NCBI GenBank assembly: GCA_021799275.1
Contig: JAJZAT010000002.1
Location: 1,293-65,292 of the forward strand
Origin: Bacillota bacterium
Lineage (GTDB): Bacteria > Bacillota > Sulfobacillia > JAJZYS01 > JAJYTV01
Direction: 5' to 3'
Length of the DNA stretch: 64,000 nucleotides
The notes beneath the pieces were generated by a model that was given only the letters and a program-made list of their open reading frames with translations, had not been told where the DNA came from and ran no database searches. Shown here piece by piece: positions 18,616-27,445 of the stretch; position 1 is the stretch's first letter, and every line of letters starts with the position of its first letter. Both the position numbers and the translations under genes were made by a program.

Positions 18616-19189
18616 GGGTTACCACCCTCCCGTCCGGGGCGACGTCGAGCAGGGAGATGCTGGCGTTGTCGATCACGAAGCGCGTTCTCGGCCAGCTGTC
18701 GAGTCCCAGGAGTGCCATCAGTCCCGCCACGATCGTGCCGCCGTGGCAGACCACCGCGGCGGCGCCCTCCTCCTGGGCCGCGATCGCGCGCAGGGCGGCT
18801 TCGGCTCGCTCCGTCAGCTCGATGAAGCTCTCGCCGCCAGGCGGCCGGGCAGAGCGGGGATCGGTGCGCAGATCCTGCTCGGCCTCGGCGTAGGCCAAGG
18901 CCGCCTCCTCGCGGCGCATTCCCTGGTACTGGCCCCAGTTGCGCTCCTTGAGGCGCGGGTCGAGCTGCAGCGGCAGGCTGTGCCCCGCGGCGATCGCCGA
19001 GGCGGTCTCCACCGCACGCTGCATGGGGCTCGCGTAGACCGCGCGCAGGGGCACGGCTTCCAGCGCCTTGGCGAGAGCGCCGGCCTGCCGGCGTCCCTCC
19101 TCGTCCAAGGGTACGTCTAGGTCCCCTTGGATACGCCAGAGTCGGTTCCACTCGGTACGGCCATGCCGGATCAGGTAGAGTGAAGGCAA
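18584..19189 (-). CDS. Histidine phosphatase family (PhoE/GpmB-like)
   Basis: LIRHGRTEWN, SPMQRA, ERNWG, PPGGES, VCHGG. TTG at 19189 follows GGAGGAG. Confidence 0.9.
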   Translation of the reverse strand: MPSLYLIRHGRTEWNRLWRIQGDLDVPLDEEGRRQAGALAKALEAVPLRAVYASPMQRAVETASAIAAGHSLPLQLDPRLKERNWGQYQGMRREEAALAYAEAEQDLRTDPRSARPPGGESFIELTERAEAALRAIAAQEEGAAAVVCHGGTIVAGLMALLGLDSWPRTRFVIDNASISLLDVAPDGRVVTHYINRCDHLA

Positions 19190-19237
19190 GATGTCTCCTC
19201 CATCGTCTTCGAGTTCCGGGAGAAGGAGTGGTTTTCG

Positions 19238-19960
19238 GTGCGGCTCAAGGCGGTGGCGACGGCCCAGGAGCTTTACCCTTCCGCGGCCAGGGGACTGCCG
19301 GTGGTGGCGATCGACACCCTGCGCGCAGCCACCACGGCGGCCGCCGCGCTGGCGGCAGGCGCCCTGGCGGTGAGGCCGGTCGCCGGTGTCGACGACGCGT
19401 TCGCCCTGCGCGATCGACTGCCGGGCGCGGTGCTGGGCGGCGAACGCGGCATGCGCCCCATTGCGGGCTTCGACGCCGGCAACTCGCCGCGTGACTACCA
19501 GCGCCGCCTGGTGCGCGGCCGGGAGGTCGTCCTCACGACCACGAACGGCACGCTGGCTCTGGCCCGCGCTCGCTCCGCCAAGTCGCTCGCGTTCGCAGCG
19601 CTGACGACGGCGCCTCTGGCGGCGGCGTGGCTGCTCGCGCAGGACGCCGAAGAGGCCCTCATCGTGATGAGCGGCACCGACGGCCACTTCTCCTACGAGG
19701 ATGCGCTGACCGCGGGCGCGATCGCAGCGTTCCTGCCGGAGGCTGACCTCGACGACCTGATGCTGACGGCCCGTGCCGCCTTCCAGGCGCGGCGCCGCGG
19801 TCTTGGGGCCGCGTTGCGCCTGACTCCTCACGGCGTACGCCTGATCGAGGCCGGGTTCGAGGCGGACATCGCGCTGGCGGCAAGGCTTGGCCGCAGCCGC
19901 GTCCTGCCGGTCCGCGACGGGCACGACAAGAGCAGGCTGACGCCCTGGCGCCATTCCTAG
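19238..19960 (+). CDS. comB: 2-phosphosulfolactate phosphatase family (ComB-like)
   Basis: AIDTLRAATT, LGGERG, FDAGNSP, TTTNGT, SYEDALTAG. Confidence 0.85.
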   Translation: MRLKAVATAQELYPSAARGLPVVAIDTLRAATTAAAALAAGALAVRPVAGVDDAFALRDRLPGAVLGGERGMRPIAGFDAGNSPRDYQRRLVRGREVVLTTTNGTLALARARSAKSLAFAALTTAPLAAAWLLAQDAEEALIVMSGTDGHFSYEDALTAGAIAAFLPEADLDDLMLTARAAFQARRRGLGAALRLTPHGVRLIEAGFEADIALAARLGRSRVLPVRDGHDKSRLTPWRHS

Positions 19961-20138
19961 CCCCTTTCCCGCTTCCCCGCCGCGATTCCTGCCGGTGGGC
20001 GGCGTGGCCCCGGCTACGCCGAACTGAAGGAAGCGGGACCTCTATTGGGAGACTTGATCTTCTCTTGGCAAAGCGTTGCGGCGTCGAGGAGGGTGGCCCG
20101 ACCGGTCACGTTCCCAGGCTGCCGGCGACGCCGGCCGA

Positions 20139-21116
20139 TCAGGCCGTGCGCAGCTTCGTGCCGTATTTCGGATCCAAGGCCATCTGCAGTCCCTTGCAGA
20201 TCGTTTGCTCGGGATCCGCGTCGAGGTGGAGCGGCAGGTCGAGACGGTCCTGCAGCATGTCGGACAGGGCCCCGAGGCGGGCCCCGCCACCCGTCAGGAA
20301 GACGCCGTGGCCGGCGAGGTCCGCAACGAGTTCCGGCGAGACATCGCGCAGGAGCTCGCGCACTGCGTGGGCGATCTGGTCCGCCAGAAGGGCGACCGAA
20401 GGCAGCACCTCGTCGCGCTCGAGGGTCACGGACTGTGGCAACCCCGTGACGAGATCGCGCCCGTTGGCCGTCGCCCGGTCGGCGCCGTCCCCCAGGAGCG
20501 CATGCTTGACCGCCTGCGAGGTCGCTTCCCCAACCATGAGGTTGTAGCGGTCGCGCATCAGACGGGCGATGGCCTCGTCGATGTGGTCTCCGGCCATCTC
20601 CACCTTCTGGTGGGCCACCGAGTGGCCGAGCGAGAGAAGGTCGATGCGGGTGCAACTGGCGCCCATGTCGACGAGCAGGCTGCCCATCGGCTGAAAGAGC
20701 GGCAGTTCAAGCCCCAAGGCCTTGCATGCGGAAAGCGAGCAGAAGCGCACGCGGGCGGCGCCCGCGTGCTGGGCGAGGACGCCGAGACCGCGCCGATCGA
20801 TGGCGCTGGCGCCGGCCCCCATGGCGATCCAGATCTCGGGCCGGCGGAAGCCATGTCCACCGACGCGAGCCAGAAGATTCTTGAGCAGAGCCTCGGCGAG
20901 CTTCTGCGAGCGGACACCGCCACGCGTGAACGGCCGCTCCGCCTCGAGCCCGTCCGGAGTGCGGCCCAGCATGCGCAGGGCCTGCTCGCCCACTGCGACG
21001 ACGTCGCCGCTCACGCGATGCGCCACGACGGCCGGCTCGGTGAGTGGCGGCCTGCGCCCGCCTTCCATGCCCATGCGCACGTTCTCGCTGCCGAAATCGA
21101 AGATCAGGCGTCGCAC
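20139..21116 (-). CDS. Divergent MreB/Mbl-family actin-like protein
   Basis: IFDFGSEN, EPAVVA, MLGRTP, LVDMGA, AGDHIDEAI, GRDLVTGLP, PELVADL..HGVFLTGGGA. Confidence 0.82.
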   Translation of the reverse strand: MRRLIFDFGSENVRMGMEGGRRPPLTEPAVVAHRVSGDVVAVGEQALRMLGRTPDGLEAERPFTRGGVRSQKLAEALLKNLLARVGGHGFRRPEIWIAMGAGASAIDRRGLGVLAQHAGAARVRFCSLSACKALGLELPLFQPMGSLLVDMGASCTRIDLLSLGHSVAHQKVEMAGDHIDEAIARLMRDRYNLMVGEATSQAVKHALLGDGADRATANGRDLVTGLPQSVTLERDEVLPSVALLADQIAHAVRELLRDVSPELVADLAGHGVFLTGGGARLGALSDMLQDRLDLPLHLDADPEQTICKGLQMALDPKYGTKLRTA

Positions 21117-21182
21117 GCGAAATCCTCCCCGCTCGTCCCGTCCCCTTTCATTGAAACGGAGAGCCAGCGCGCGCGCATTGAT

Positions 21183-21220
21183 AAAATGTTGGTGGCGGGC
21201 CCAGTTCTGGGCCCGCCACC
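21183..21220 (-). terminator. Terminator after the speD-mtaD operon
   Basis: GGTGGCGGGCCCA-N4-TGGGCCCGCCACC followed by AACATTTT on the minus strand. Confidence 0.65.
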
Positions 21221-21236
21221 TGCCAGTAAGTGGAGA

Positions 21237-22526
21237 TTAGAGCAGAGGACGCTCCGCGAGGCGCTGCGCGCTCGCGCGCGCCGAGCTCAATACCTCTGCG
21301 GCGTCCACCACGAGGTGACGGCCCTCGCTGTAGACAAGGCGGCCCGAGGCGTAGACCCGCTCCACCTGCTGGGCCGTGGCCGTGTAGACGATCGCCGAGA
21401 ACGGATCGAAGACCGGTTGCACCCGGTACGAGCGCAGATCGACGACGACCACGTCGGCGAGATAGCCCTGCTCGAGCGCGCCAAGTTCCTGCCAGCCCAG
21501 GGCCATCGCGCCCTCGCGCGTGGCCATGCGCAGCACGTCCTTGGCCGTAAGCGCCGCCGCGTCCTCCGATGTGCCCTTCGCGATCCAGGCCGCGGCCTTC
21601 ATGCTGAGGAACGGGTCGAGCACGTTGGCGCTGGCCGCCCCGTCCGAGCCGATCCCGACCGGCACCCCCGCCTCGCGCAGCCGGCGCGTCGGCGCGAAGC
21701 CGCAGCCGAGCTTCAAATTGGAGATCGGGCAGTGCGCGACGCCGACGTCCAGGGAAGCGAGGCGCGCGATGTCGCCCTCCGCGGGGAAGACGCCGTGCGC
21801 CGCGACGACATGCTCGCGCGCAAGGCCGCTCGACGTCAGCACCTGCGCCGGCGTCGTGCCCTGGCGCAGCAGTTCCTCGGTCTCGCCCCGGGTCTCCGCG
21901 AGGTGGATGTGCACCGGCGCGTGCAGGGCCGTCGCGTAGTCCGCGACTTCCCGCAGGTAGTCCGGAGGGCAGGTGTACGGGGCATGCGGGCCCAGGGCGA
22001 CCTGCAGGCGGTTGTCCATGGCCCCCTGCCAGCGCTCGTAGAGCGCGACGCCCCGGCGCAGGCTGTCGCGCTCCGGATCCTGGGCGCCGATCAGTCCCTG
22101 CGTGATCATGCCGCGGATGCCCGATTCCCCGATCGCCTCGGCGACGCGGTCCATCGAGCCGTACATGTCGTTGACGCAGGTGACGCCGGCCGCGACCGCC
22201 TCGAGCAGGGCGAGCCGCGTGCCCTGCAGGATGTCCTCGGGCGTCATGCGGGCCTCGATCGGCCAGACGTGTTCCTCGAGCCAGGGCATGAGCGGGACGT
22301 CGTCCGCGACGCCGCGCAGGATCTGCATCGCAAGATGCGTGTGGGTGTTGACGAAGCCCGGGATGATGACGCGCCCTGGCAGCCGCGAGACGTCGTCCCC
22401 CGGGGCTGCGGGCGGTGCCCCGTCGCGGCTGCCCGCGTAGGCGATGCGCGCTCCGTCGAGTACCAGCACGCCGTCGCTGATCTCGTGTTCCGGCGTGAGC
22501 AGCGTCGCGCCTTCGAGACGGATCAC
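21237..22526 (-). CDS. mtaD: 5'-methylthioadenosine/S-adenosylhomocysteine deaminase (amidohydrolase)
   Basis: PGFVNTHTH, RGVADD..LMPWL, GPHAPYTC, HIHLAET, HCPISNLKLG, GSDGAASAN. Adjacent to ahcY. Confidence 0.85.
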   Translation of the reverse strand: MIRLEGATLLTPEHEISDGVLVLDGARIAYAGSRDGAPPAAPGDDVSRLPGRVIIPGFVNTHTHLAMQILRGVADDVPLMPWLEEHVWPIEARMTPEDILQGTRLALLEAVAAGVTCVNDMYGSMDRVAEAIGESGIRGMITQGLIGAQDPERDSLRRGVALYERWQGAMDNRLQVALGPHAPYTCPPDYLREVADYATALHAPVHIHLAETRGETEELLRQGTTPAQVLTSSGLAREHVVAAHGVFPAEGDIARLASLDVGVAHCPISNLKLGCGFAPTRRLREAGVPVGIGSDGAASANVLDPFLSMKAAAWIAKGTSEDAAALTAKDVLRMATREGAMALGWQELGALEQGYLADVVVVDLRSYRVQPVFDPFSAIVYTATAQQVERVYASGRLVYSEGRHLVVDAAEVLSSARASAQRLAERPLL

Positions 22527-23749
22527 TGCGTGCCCTCGCGCCAGGTCGCGCGGTAGCGCACCTGCTCCTCGGTCTCGACTTCGAGTCCGATGCCGCGCGC
22601 GACGAGCGACAGCCTCGCGACCTGATCGTCCAGCTCGTCCGGGTACGGATGCACGCCCGGCGGCAGCTGGTGCAGCGCGAGATGCAGCAGCGAGAGCGCC
22701 TGCACGGCGAACGAGAGGTCCATGATCTCGGCCGGGTGACCATCGCCCGCCGCGAGGTTCACGAGCCGGCCCTCCGCGAGCAGGTAGAAGCGGCGGCCGT
22801 CCGGCAGGCGGTAGGCGTCGACGTTTTCGCGCACCTGCTCGACGGACGTGGCAAGGTCTTTCAGGGCCTGCTTGTCGATCTCGACGTCAAAGTGCCCGGC
22901 GTTCGCCAGCAGGACGCCGTCGCGCATGCGCTCGAGGTGCTCGCGCCGCACGACGCGCAAGGCGCCTGTCACCGTCACGACGATGTCGGCCTTGGGCGCG
23001 AGGTCGTGCATCGTGCCGACGTCGTAGCCGTCGAGCCAGGCCTCGTTCATCTTCACGGGATCGATGTCCACGACGCCGACGCGCGCTCCGAGGCCACGGA
23101 GCCTCTGCGCCACGCCCTTGCCGCACCAGCCGAAGCCCACGACGAGCGCGTAGCGTCCCGCGATCGTGACGTTGGTGGCCCGCATGATGGCTTCGATGGC
23201 GGACTGGCCCGTGCCGAAGCGGTTGTCGAAGAGGTGCTTCATCTGCGCGTCGTTGACGGCGATCATCGGCACCTGGAGTTCGCCCGCGGCGTGCATGGCG
23301 CGCAGGCGCACGAGCCCGGTGGTGGTCTCCTCGGTGCCGCCCTTGAGTCCCTTGAGCAGTTCGGGCTGCGTCAGGTGCAGGCGGGTGACGAGGTCGCCGC
23401 CGTCGTCGACCACCAGCGTCGGACGGTGCGCGAGCACCTGGTCGAGGTACTGGAAGTATTCGTCGACCGCGGCGCCGTGACGGGCGTAGACGTGCACGCC
23501 CCGCGCCGCCAGAGCCTCCGCGACGGCGTCCTGGGTCGAGAGCGGATTGGAGCCCGCGATGGCCACCTCGGCCCCGAGCTCCTTGAGCGCCAGGGCGAGC
23601 CGGGCCGTCTTGGCCTCGAGGTGCAGCGCGATGCCGACGCGCTCTCCCTTCAACGGCTGTGCGGCGCTGCGCTCCTTGAGAAGGGCGTCCAGGATCGGCA
23701 TGTGGTCCCGGGCCCAGTCGATGCGGCGGTCTCCGTCCTGCCTGCTCAC
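22523..23749 (-). CDS. ahcY: Adenosylhomocysteinase (possibly S-inosylhomocysteine-preferring)
   Basis: GSNPLSTQD, DDGGDL, EETTTG, KHLFDNRFGTGQS, GFGWCGKG, NAGHFDVEI, GRLVNLAAGDGHP. Confidence 0.95.
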   Translation of the reverse strand: MSRQDGDRRIDWARDHMPILDALLKERSAAQPLKGERVGIALHLEAKTARLALALKELGAEVAIAGSNPLSTQDAVAEALAARGVHVYARHGAAVDEYFQYLDQVLAHRPTLVVDDGGDLVTRLHLTQPELLKGLKGGTEETTTGLVRLRAMHAAGELQVPMIAVNDAQMKHLFDNRFGTGQSAIEAIMRATNVTIAGRYALVVGFGWCGKGVAQRLRGLGARVGVVDIDPVKMNEAWLDGYDVGTMHDLAPKADIVVTVTGALRVVRREHLERMRDGVLLANAGHFDVEIDKQALKDLATSVEQVRENVDAYRLPDGRRFYLLAEGRLVNLAAGDGHPAEIMDLSFAVQALSLLHLALHQLPPGVHPYPDELDDQVARLSLVARGIGLEVETEEQVRYRATWREGTQ

Positions 23750-24519
23750 GCCATCCCCTCCGCTTGTGGGTGTGTGTTGCAGCGATAGTCCTTGCCAAGT
23801 TCACGCACCGTGCCAAGCAGTAGGCGCGAGAGGGTCTTGCCCTGGCTCGCCATCAGCTCGAGCACCTCCTCGTGCGACGGGCGCGCTCCCTGCACGCCGG
23901 CGGCCAGGTTCGTGACCAGTGCCACAGCGGCGTAGCAGATGCCGAGTTCCGCCGCGAGGACCGCCTCCGGCACCTGCGTCATGCCGACGACATCGCCCCC
24001 GAGCATGCGGTAGGCGCGAATCTCGGCCGGCGTCTCGAATCGGGGGCCCTCGGTGCAGACGTAGACGACCTCGTCCGGGTGGAGCGCAATGTCCTGCCGC
24101 TCCGCGCTGCGCCGCAAGGCACTGCGCAGGGTCGGGCAGTAGGCGTCGCTGACGTTCTGGTGCACGACGCCGGGACCGTCGTGGAACGTCGTGGCCCTGG
24201 CCTTCGTGAAGTCCATGAAATCGCCGAGCAGCGCAAGCGTCCCCGGCGGGATCTCCTCGCGCACAGATCCGACCGCCGACGTGGCGAGAATCGCGGTCAC
24301 GCCGATCTCCTTGAGGGCCCAGAGCAAGGCTCGGGCAGGCAGGCGATGCGGTGGCACGGCGTGGCCCTTGCCGTGCCGCGCCGCGAAGATGAGCGTCTCG
24401 CCATCCGGTAGGCGCACCTCGGTGACCGAGGCGTCGCCAAACGGGGTCGCGATCGTGCGGTCGCGTTCCTCGGCGCCGGGCAGTTCGTAGACGCCGGTGC
24501 CGCCGATGATCGCGACCAT
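23746..24519 (-). CDS. mtnP: MTAP-family nucleoside phosphorylase (likely methylthioinosine phosphorylase)
   Basis: IIGGTG, RHGKGH.VPPH, SAVGS, EGPRFETPAE, VVGMT, VTNLAAG. Confidence 0.88.
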   Translation of the reverse strand: MVAIIGGTGVYELPGAEERDRTIATPFGDASVTEVRLPDGETLIFAARHGKGHAVPPHRLPARALLWALKEIGVTAILATSAVGSVREEIPPGTLALLGDFMDFTKARATTFHDGPGVVHQNVSDAYCPTLRSALRRSAERQDIALHPDEVVYVCTEGPRFETPAEIRAYRMLGGDVVGMTQVPEAVLAAELGICYAAVALVTNLAAGVQGARPSHEEVLELMASQGKTLSRLLLGTVRELGKDYRCNTHPQAEGMA

Positions 24520-24520
24520 C

Positions 24521-24976
24521 TCAGTTACCTGCGTAGATCCACTCTTCCTCCGGCCGCGGCTGGCCCACCAGCTCCTCCGGGCGGAAGAAGAGGCCGATCT
24601 CGCGTTCCGCGGCCTCGGGGCCATCCGATCCGTGCACGATGTTGGCCGCGATCTGCATGGCGAAGTCGCCGCGCAGGGTGCCAGGCGCCGCCTTGGCGGG
24701 ATCCGTGGCGCCCATCACGTTGCGCGCGATCGCGATGGCATCCTGGCCCTGCCAGACCATCGCGACGATCGGGCCCGACGTGATGAAGGCGACGAGCCCG
24801 GCGAAGAAGGGCTTCTCGCGATGCGCCTCGTAGTGACGGCCGGCGAGTTCCTCGCTGACGCGCATCATCTTGAGACCGACGAGCCGGAGCCCCTTGCGCT
24901 CCAGCCGGGCGATCACCTCGCCCACAAGCCCGCGCCCGACTCCATCCGGCTTTACGGCAACGAAGGTCCTTTGCAT
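24521..24976 (-). CDS. ndk: Nucleoside-diphosphate kinase
   Basis: MQRTFVAVKPDGV, PGTLRGDF, NIVHGSD (catalytic His). Confidence 0.97.
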   Translation of the reverse strand: MQRTFVAVKPDGVGRGLVGEVIARLERKGLRLVGLKMMRVSEELAGRHYEAHREKPFFAGLVAFITSGPIVAMVWQGQDAIAIARNVMGATDPAKAAPGTLRGDFAMQIAANIVHGSDGPEAAEREIGLFFRPEELVGQPRPEEEWIYAGN

Positions 24977-25030
24977 CCTCAGGTGTCCCTCCCGAAAAAT
25001 GCGCCCCGGTCCTTCGACCGGGGCGTCGTG

Positions 25031-25402
25031 TCAGCCGACTTGCGCTTCTACTTCGGCGAAGACGCCGCGCTTCGTCTCTGTCGCCGTTACGCTCTCCGCG
25101 CGGAAATGTTCCACTATATAGTTGCAGGCGTCCCATGGCTCGACGCGTTCGCCGCAGGTGAACACGTCGACGGCGGCATAGCCCAGTTCGGGCCAGGTGT
25201 GTACCGCCAAGTGCGACTCCGAGATGACCACCACTCCACTGACGCCTTGGGGGCTGAATTTATGGAAGGCTACTTCCCGGACCTCAGCACCCGACTCCAG
25301 CGCTGCGGCCACCAGGATTCTCTCGACCCGCTCCGGGTCGTTGAGAATCGCCCGGTCGCAACCGTACACCTCGGCCAGAATGTGCCGGCCCAGTGCGTTC
25401 AT
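25031..25402 (-). CDS. speD: S-adenosylmethionine decarboxylase proenzyme
   Basis: GRHILAE, FSPQGVSGVVVISESHLAVHTWPE (E-S pyruvoyl cleavage site), DVFTCG. Confidence 0.95.
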   Translation of the reverse strand: MNALGRHILAEVYGCDRAILNDPERVERILVAAALESGAEVREVAFHKFSPQGVSGVVVISESHLAVHTWPELGYAAVDVFTCGERVEPWDACNYIVEHFRAESVTATETKRGVFAEVEAQVG

Positions 25403-25439
25403 CGATCAGCCCCCTCGCCTAGGTTCACCGTCAAACTGC

Positions 25440-25468
25440 ATTGTAGAGACATGTCGGAAGGTTGTCAA
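25440..25468 (-). promoter_or_regulatory. Near-consensus sigma-A promoter of the speD-ndk-mtnP-ahcY-mtaD operon
   Basis: TTGACA-N17-TACAAT on the minus strand. Confidence 0.8.
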
Positions 25469-25733
25469 CGAATCAGCCGGGGTTTTCAGCAAGGATTCAC
25501 GATGAGGCGGAGTGAGACGCGATAGACATCAGAATCCCGCTCATCCTCGCGCGATCTCTTGCGTTATCTCTGCCGTACGTGTAGCGCGATGATTCAGGAG
25601 CCATAACGTACGCGACTTGTCGACCTTCCAGACGGAGCCATCGCGCGTGGGCGCCCGGAAGCTCGCAGCCGCTCCCCGGGCCGGCACCGAACGCAGCTGA
25701 AACCGCGTCCCGAAGCCAATTTGCGGCGTCGTC

Positions 25734-26171
25734 CTACGTTCCGCTCAGGTCCTTCTGCAGCGCCTCGAGCATCTGCTCGGCGTTGCGGCGCAGGATGAGC
25801 TTCGCCACCGGGTTCAGGAGATTTGCGATCATCGGCATGCCGAACTCGAAGTCGGTCGTCAGCGTGACGCTGGTGCCACCCTCCGTCGCGACGATGCGCC
25901 ACTCGCCTTCGAAGCGCCTGAGGTCGCCCGAGATCTGCTGGTAGGTGATGCGCCCCTCCTCCGGCAGGAAGGTGTCGCGCTCGAGCCAGCGGAACGGCGC
26001 GCCCTGGAGGGTGACGTGCCACTGCGAGTCCGTGGTGTTGCCCTCGCGGCGGACCACCTCGACCGACACCACGTTCTCCATGAAGCGCGGAAAGGACGCC
26101 ATGTCGGAAAGCACCGCGTACACGGTGTCCGGCTCCGCCTGGATCAGCTTCTGGACCTCGACGTAGGGCAC
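25734..26171 (-). CDS. SRPBCC/START (polyketide cyclase/aromatase-like) protein
   Basis: DMASFPRFMENV, WLERD, YQQISGDLRRFEGEW, DFEFGMP. GTG at 26171 follows AAAGGAG. Confidence 0.82.
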   Translation of the reverse strand: MPYVEVQKLIQAEPDTVYAVLSDMASFPRFMENVVSVEVVRREGNTTDSQWHVTLQGAPFRWLERDTFLPEEGRITYQQISGDLRRFEGEWRIVATEGGTSVTLTTDFEFGMPMIANLLNPVAKLILRRNAEQMLEALQKDLSGT

Positions 26172-26185
26172 AGTGCTCGCTCCTT

Positions 26186-27445
26186 TCAGAGGTCCTCGGC
26201 CACAAGCGCCACCTCGGCCGCCGCCTCGCGGATCAGGCCGAGCGTCTCGGCGATCGTTTCCTCTGAGATGACGATCGGCGGGATCATGCGCAGCACGCGC
26301 TCGTTGTTGAGGGTCCAGAGCGCCAGTACGTGACGGTGCAGCAGTTCCGACATCAGCATGCCGCCGACGCCTTCGCGCGGGCACTCGATGCCGAGCATCA
26401 GCCCCCTGCCCCGCACCTGCGACACCACCTGCGGGAACTCCTGGGCGATCGCCTCGAGGCCCTGCCGCAGCATGGCCCCCTTGCGCAGTGCCTGTCCGGG
26501 GAAGTCCTCGTCGCGCATGACATCGATGGCTTCGCAGCCGACGGCCGTCGCGAGCGGCGCTCCGCCACCCCCACCGCCGCCGAAGGTGCTGGTGTGGATC
26601 AGGGGCATGCTGTCGAGGAAGCCCATCGCGTCGGCGGTGCCGACACAGGCCCCGAGCGGCAGGATGCCGCCGCCCAGCGCCTTCGACACGGTGAGGAAGT
26701 CCGGCACGACGCCCGCTTCGTGCTCGCAGGCAAAATAGTGGCCCGTGCGGCCCATGCCGCTCTGTACCTCGTCGAAGATCAGCATGGCGCCGTGCTCGTC
26801 GCAGATCTGCCGCGCGGCGCGCAGGTAGCCGTCCGGCGGCACGATGATGCCGCCCTCCCCCTGGATCGGTTCCAGGATCACGGCCGCCACGTCGTCGTCC
26901 ACGGCGGCCCGCAGCGCTTCGGCATCGCCGTACGGCACGAGGCGCACGTCCTGCAGCAGCGGCCTGAAGGGGTCCTTGTAGAGGTCGCGGCCACTGACGG
27001 AGAGGGCGCCGTAGGTCTTGCCGTGGAACGCGCCATGGGTCGAGACGAAGACCTTGCGGCCGGTGCGCGCGCGGGAGAACTTGAGCGCGGCCTCGTTCGC
27101 CTCGGCGCCGGAGTTGCAGAAGAAGCTGAGCTGCAGGTCTCCTGGCGTGATCTCCGCGAGGCGCTTTGCGAGCGCGATCGGCTCGAGCACCGGCAGGGAG
27201 CGCGACGGCAGGGCAAGTTTGTCGAGCTGCGCCTTCGCGCGCGCGACGAGCCTGGGATGCAGGTAGCCGTGGACCATGACGCCATAGCCGCCGCCCATGT
27301 CGGTGTAGCGATGGCCCTCGCTGTCATACACGAAGGCACCTTCCGCCCTCACCTCCGGCGAGAGAACGCCAAGGAAGCTGTAGGCCCTGGCTATGCCGGG
27401 GTTGATGTAGGTCGCGAGATCCTGAAGCCAGCCTTCGTCCGGCAA
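26186..27445 (-). CDS. Class III PLP aminotransferase, putrescine aminotransferase (PatA)-like
   Basis: GGYG...G.LHP, LAEITPGDL, NSGAEANEAALK, FHGKT, EPIQGEGG, DEVQSGMGRTG, SKALGGG, P.IHTSTFGG. Confidence 0.85.
   Translation of the reverse strand: MPDEGWLQDLATYINPGIARAYSFLGVLSPEVRAEGAFVYDSEGHRYTDMGGGYGVMVHGYLHPRLVARAKAQLDKLALPSRSLPVLEPIALAKRLAEITPGDLQLSFFCNSGAEANEAALKFSRARTGRKVFVSTHGAFHGKTYGALSVSGRDLYKDPFRPLLQDVRLVPYGDAEALRAAVDDDVAAVILEPIQGEGGIIVPPDGYLRAARQICDEHGAMLIFDEVQSGMGRTGHYFACEHEAGVVPDFLTVSKALGGGILPLGACVGTADAMGFLDSMPLIHTSTFGGGGGGGAPLATAVGCEAIDVMRDEDFPGQALRKGAMLRQGLEAIAQEFPQVVSQVRGRGLMLGIECPREGVGGMLMSELLHRHVLALWTLNNERVLRMIPPIVISEETIAETLGLIREAAAEVALVAEDL

Noticed and set aside
25403..25440. 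SAM riboswitch ahead of the speD-ahcY operon
   Set aside because: The leader from the sigma-A promoter is only about 30 nt and has no SAM-I core.
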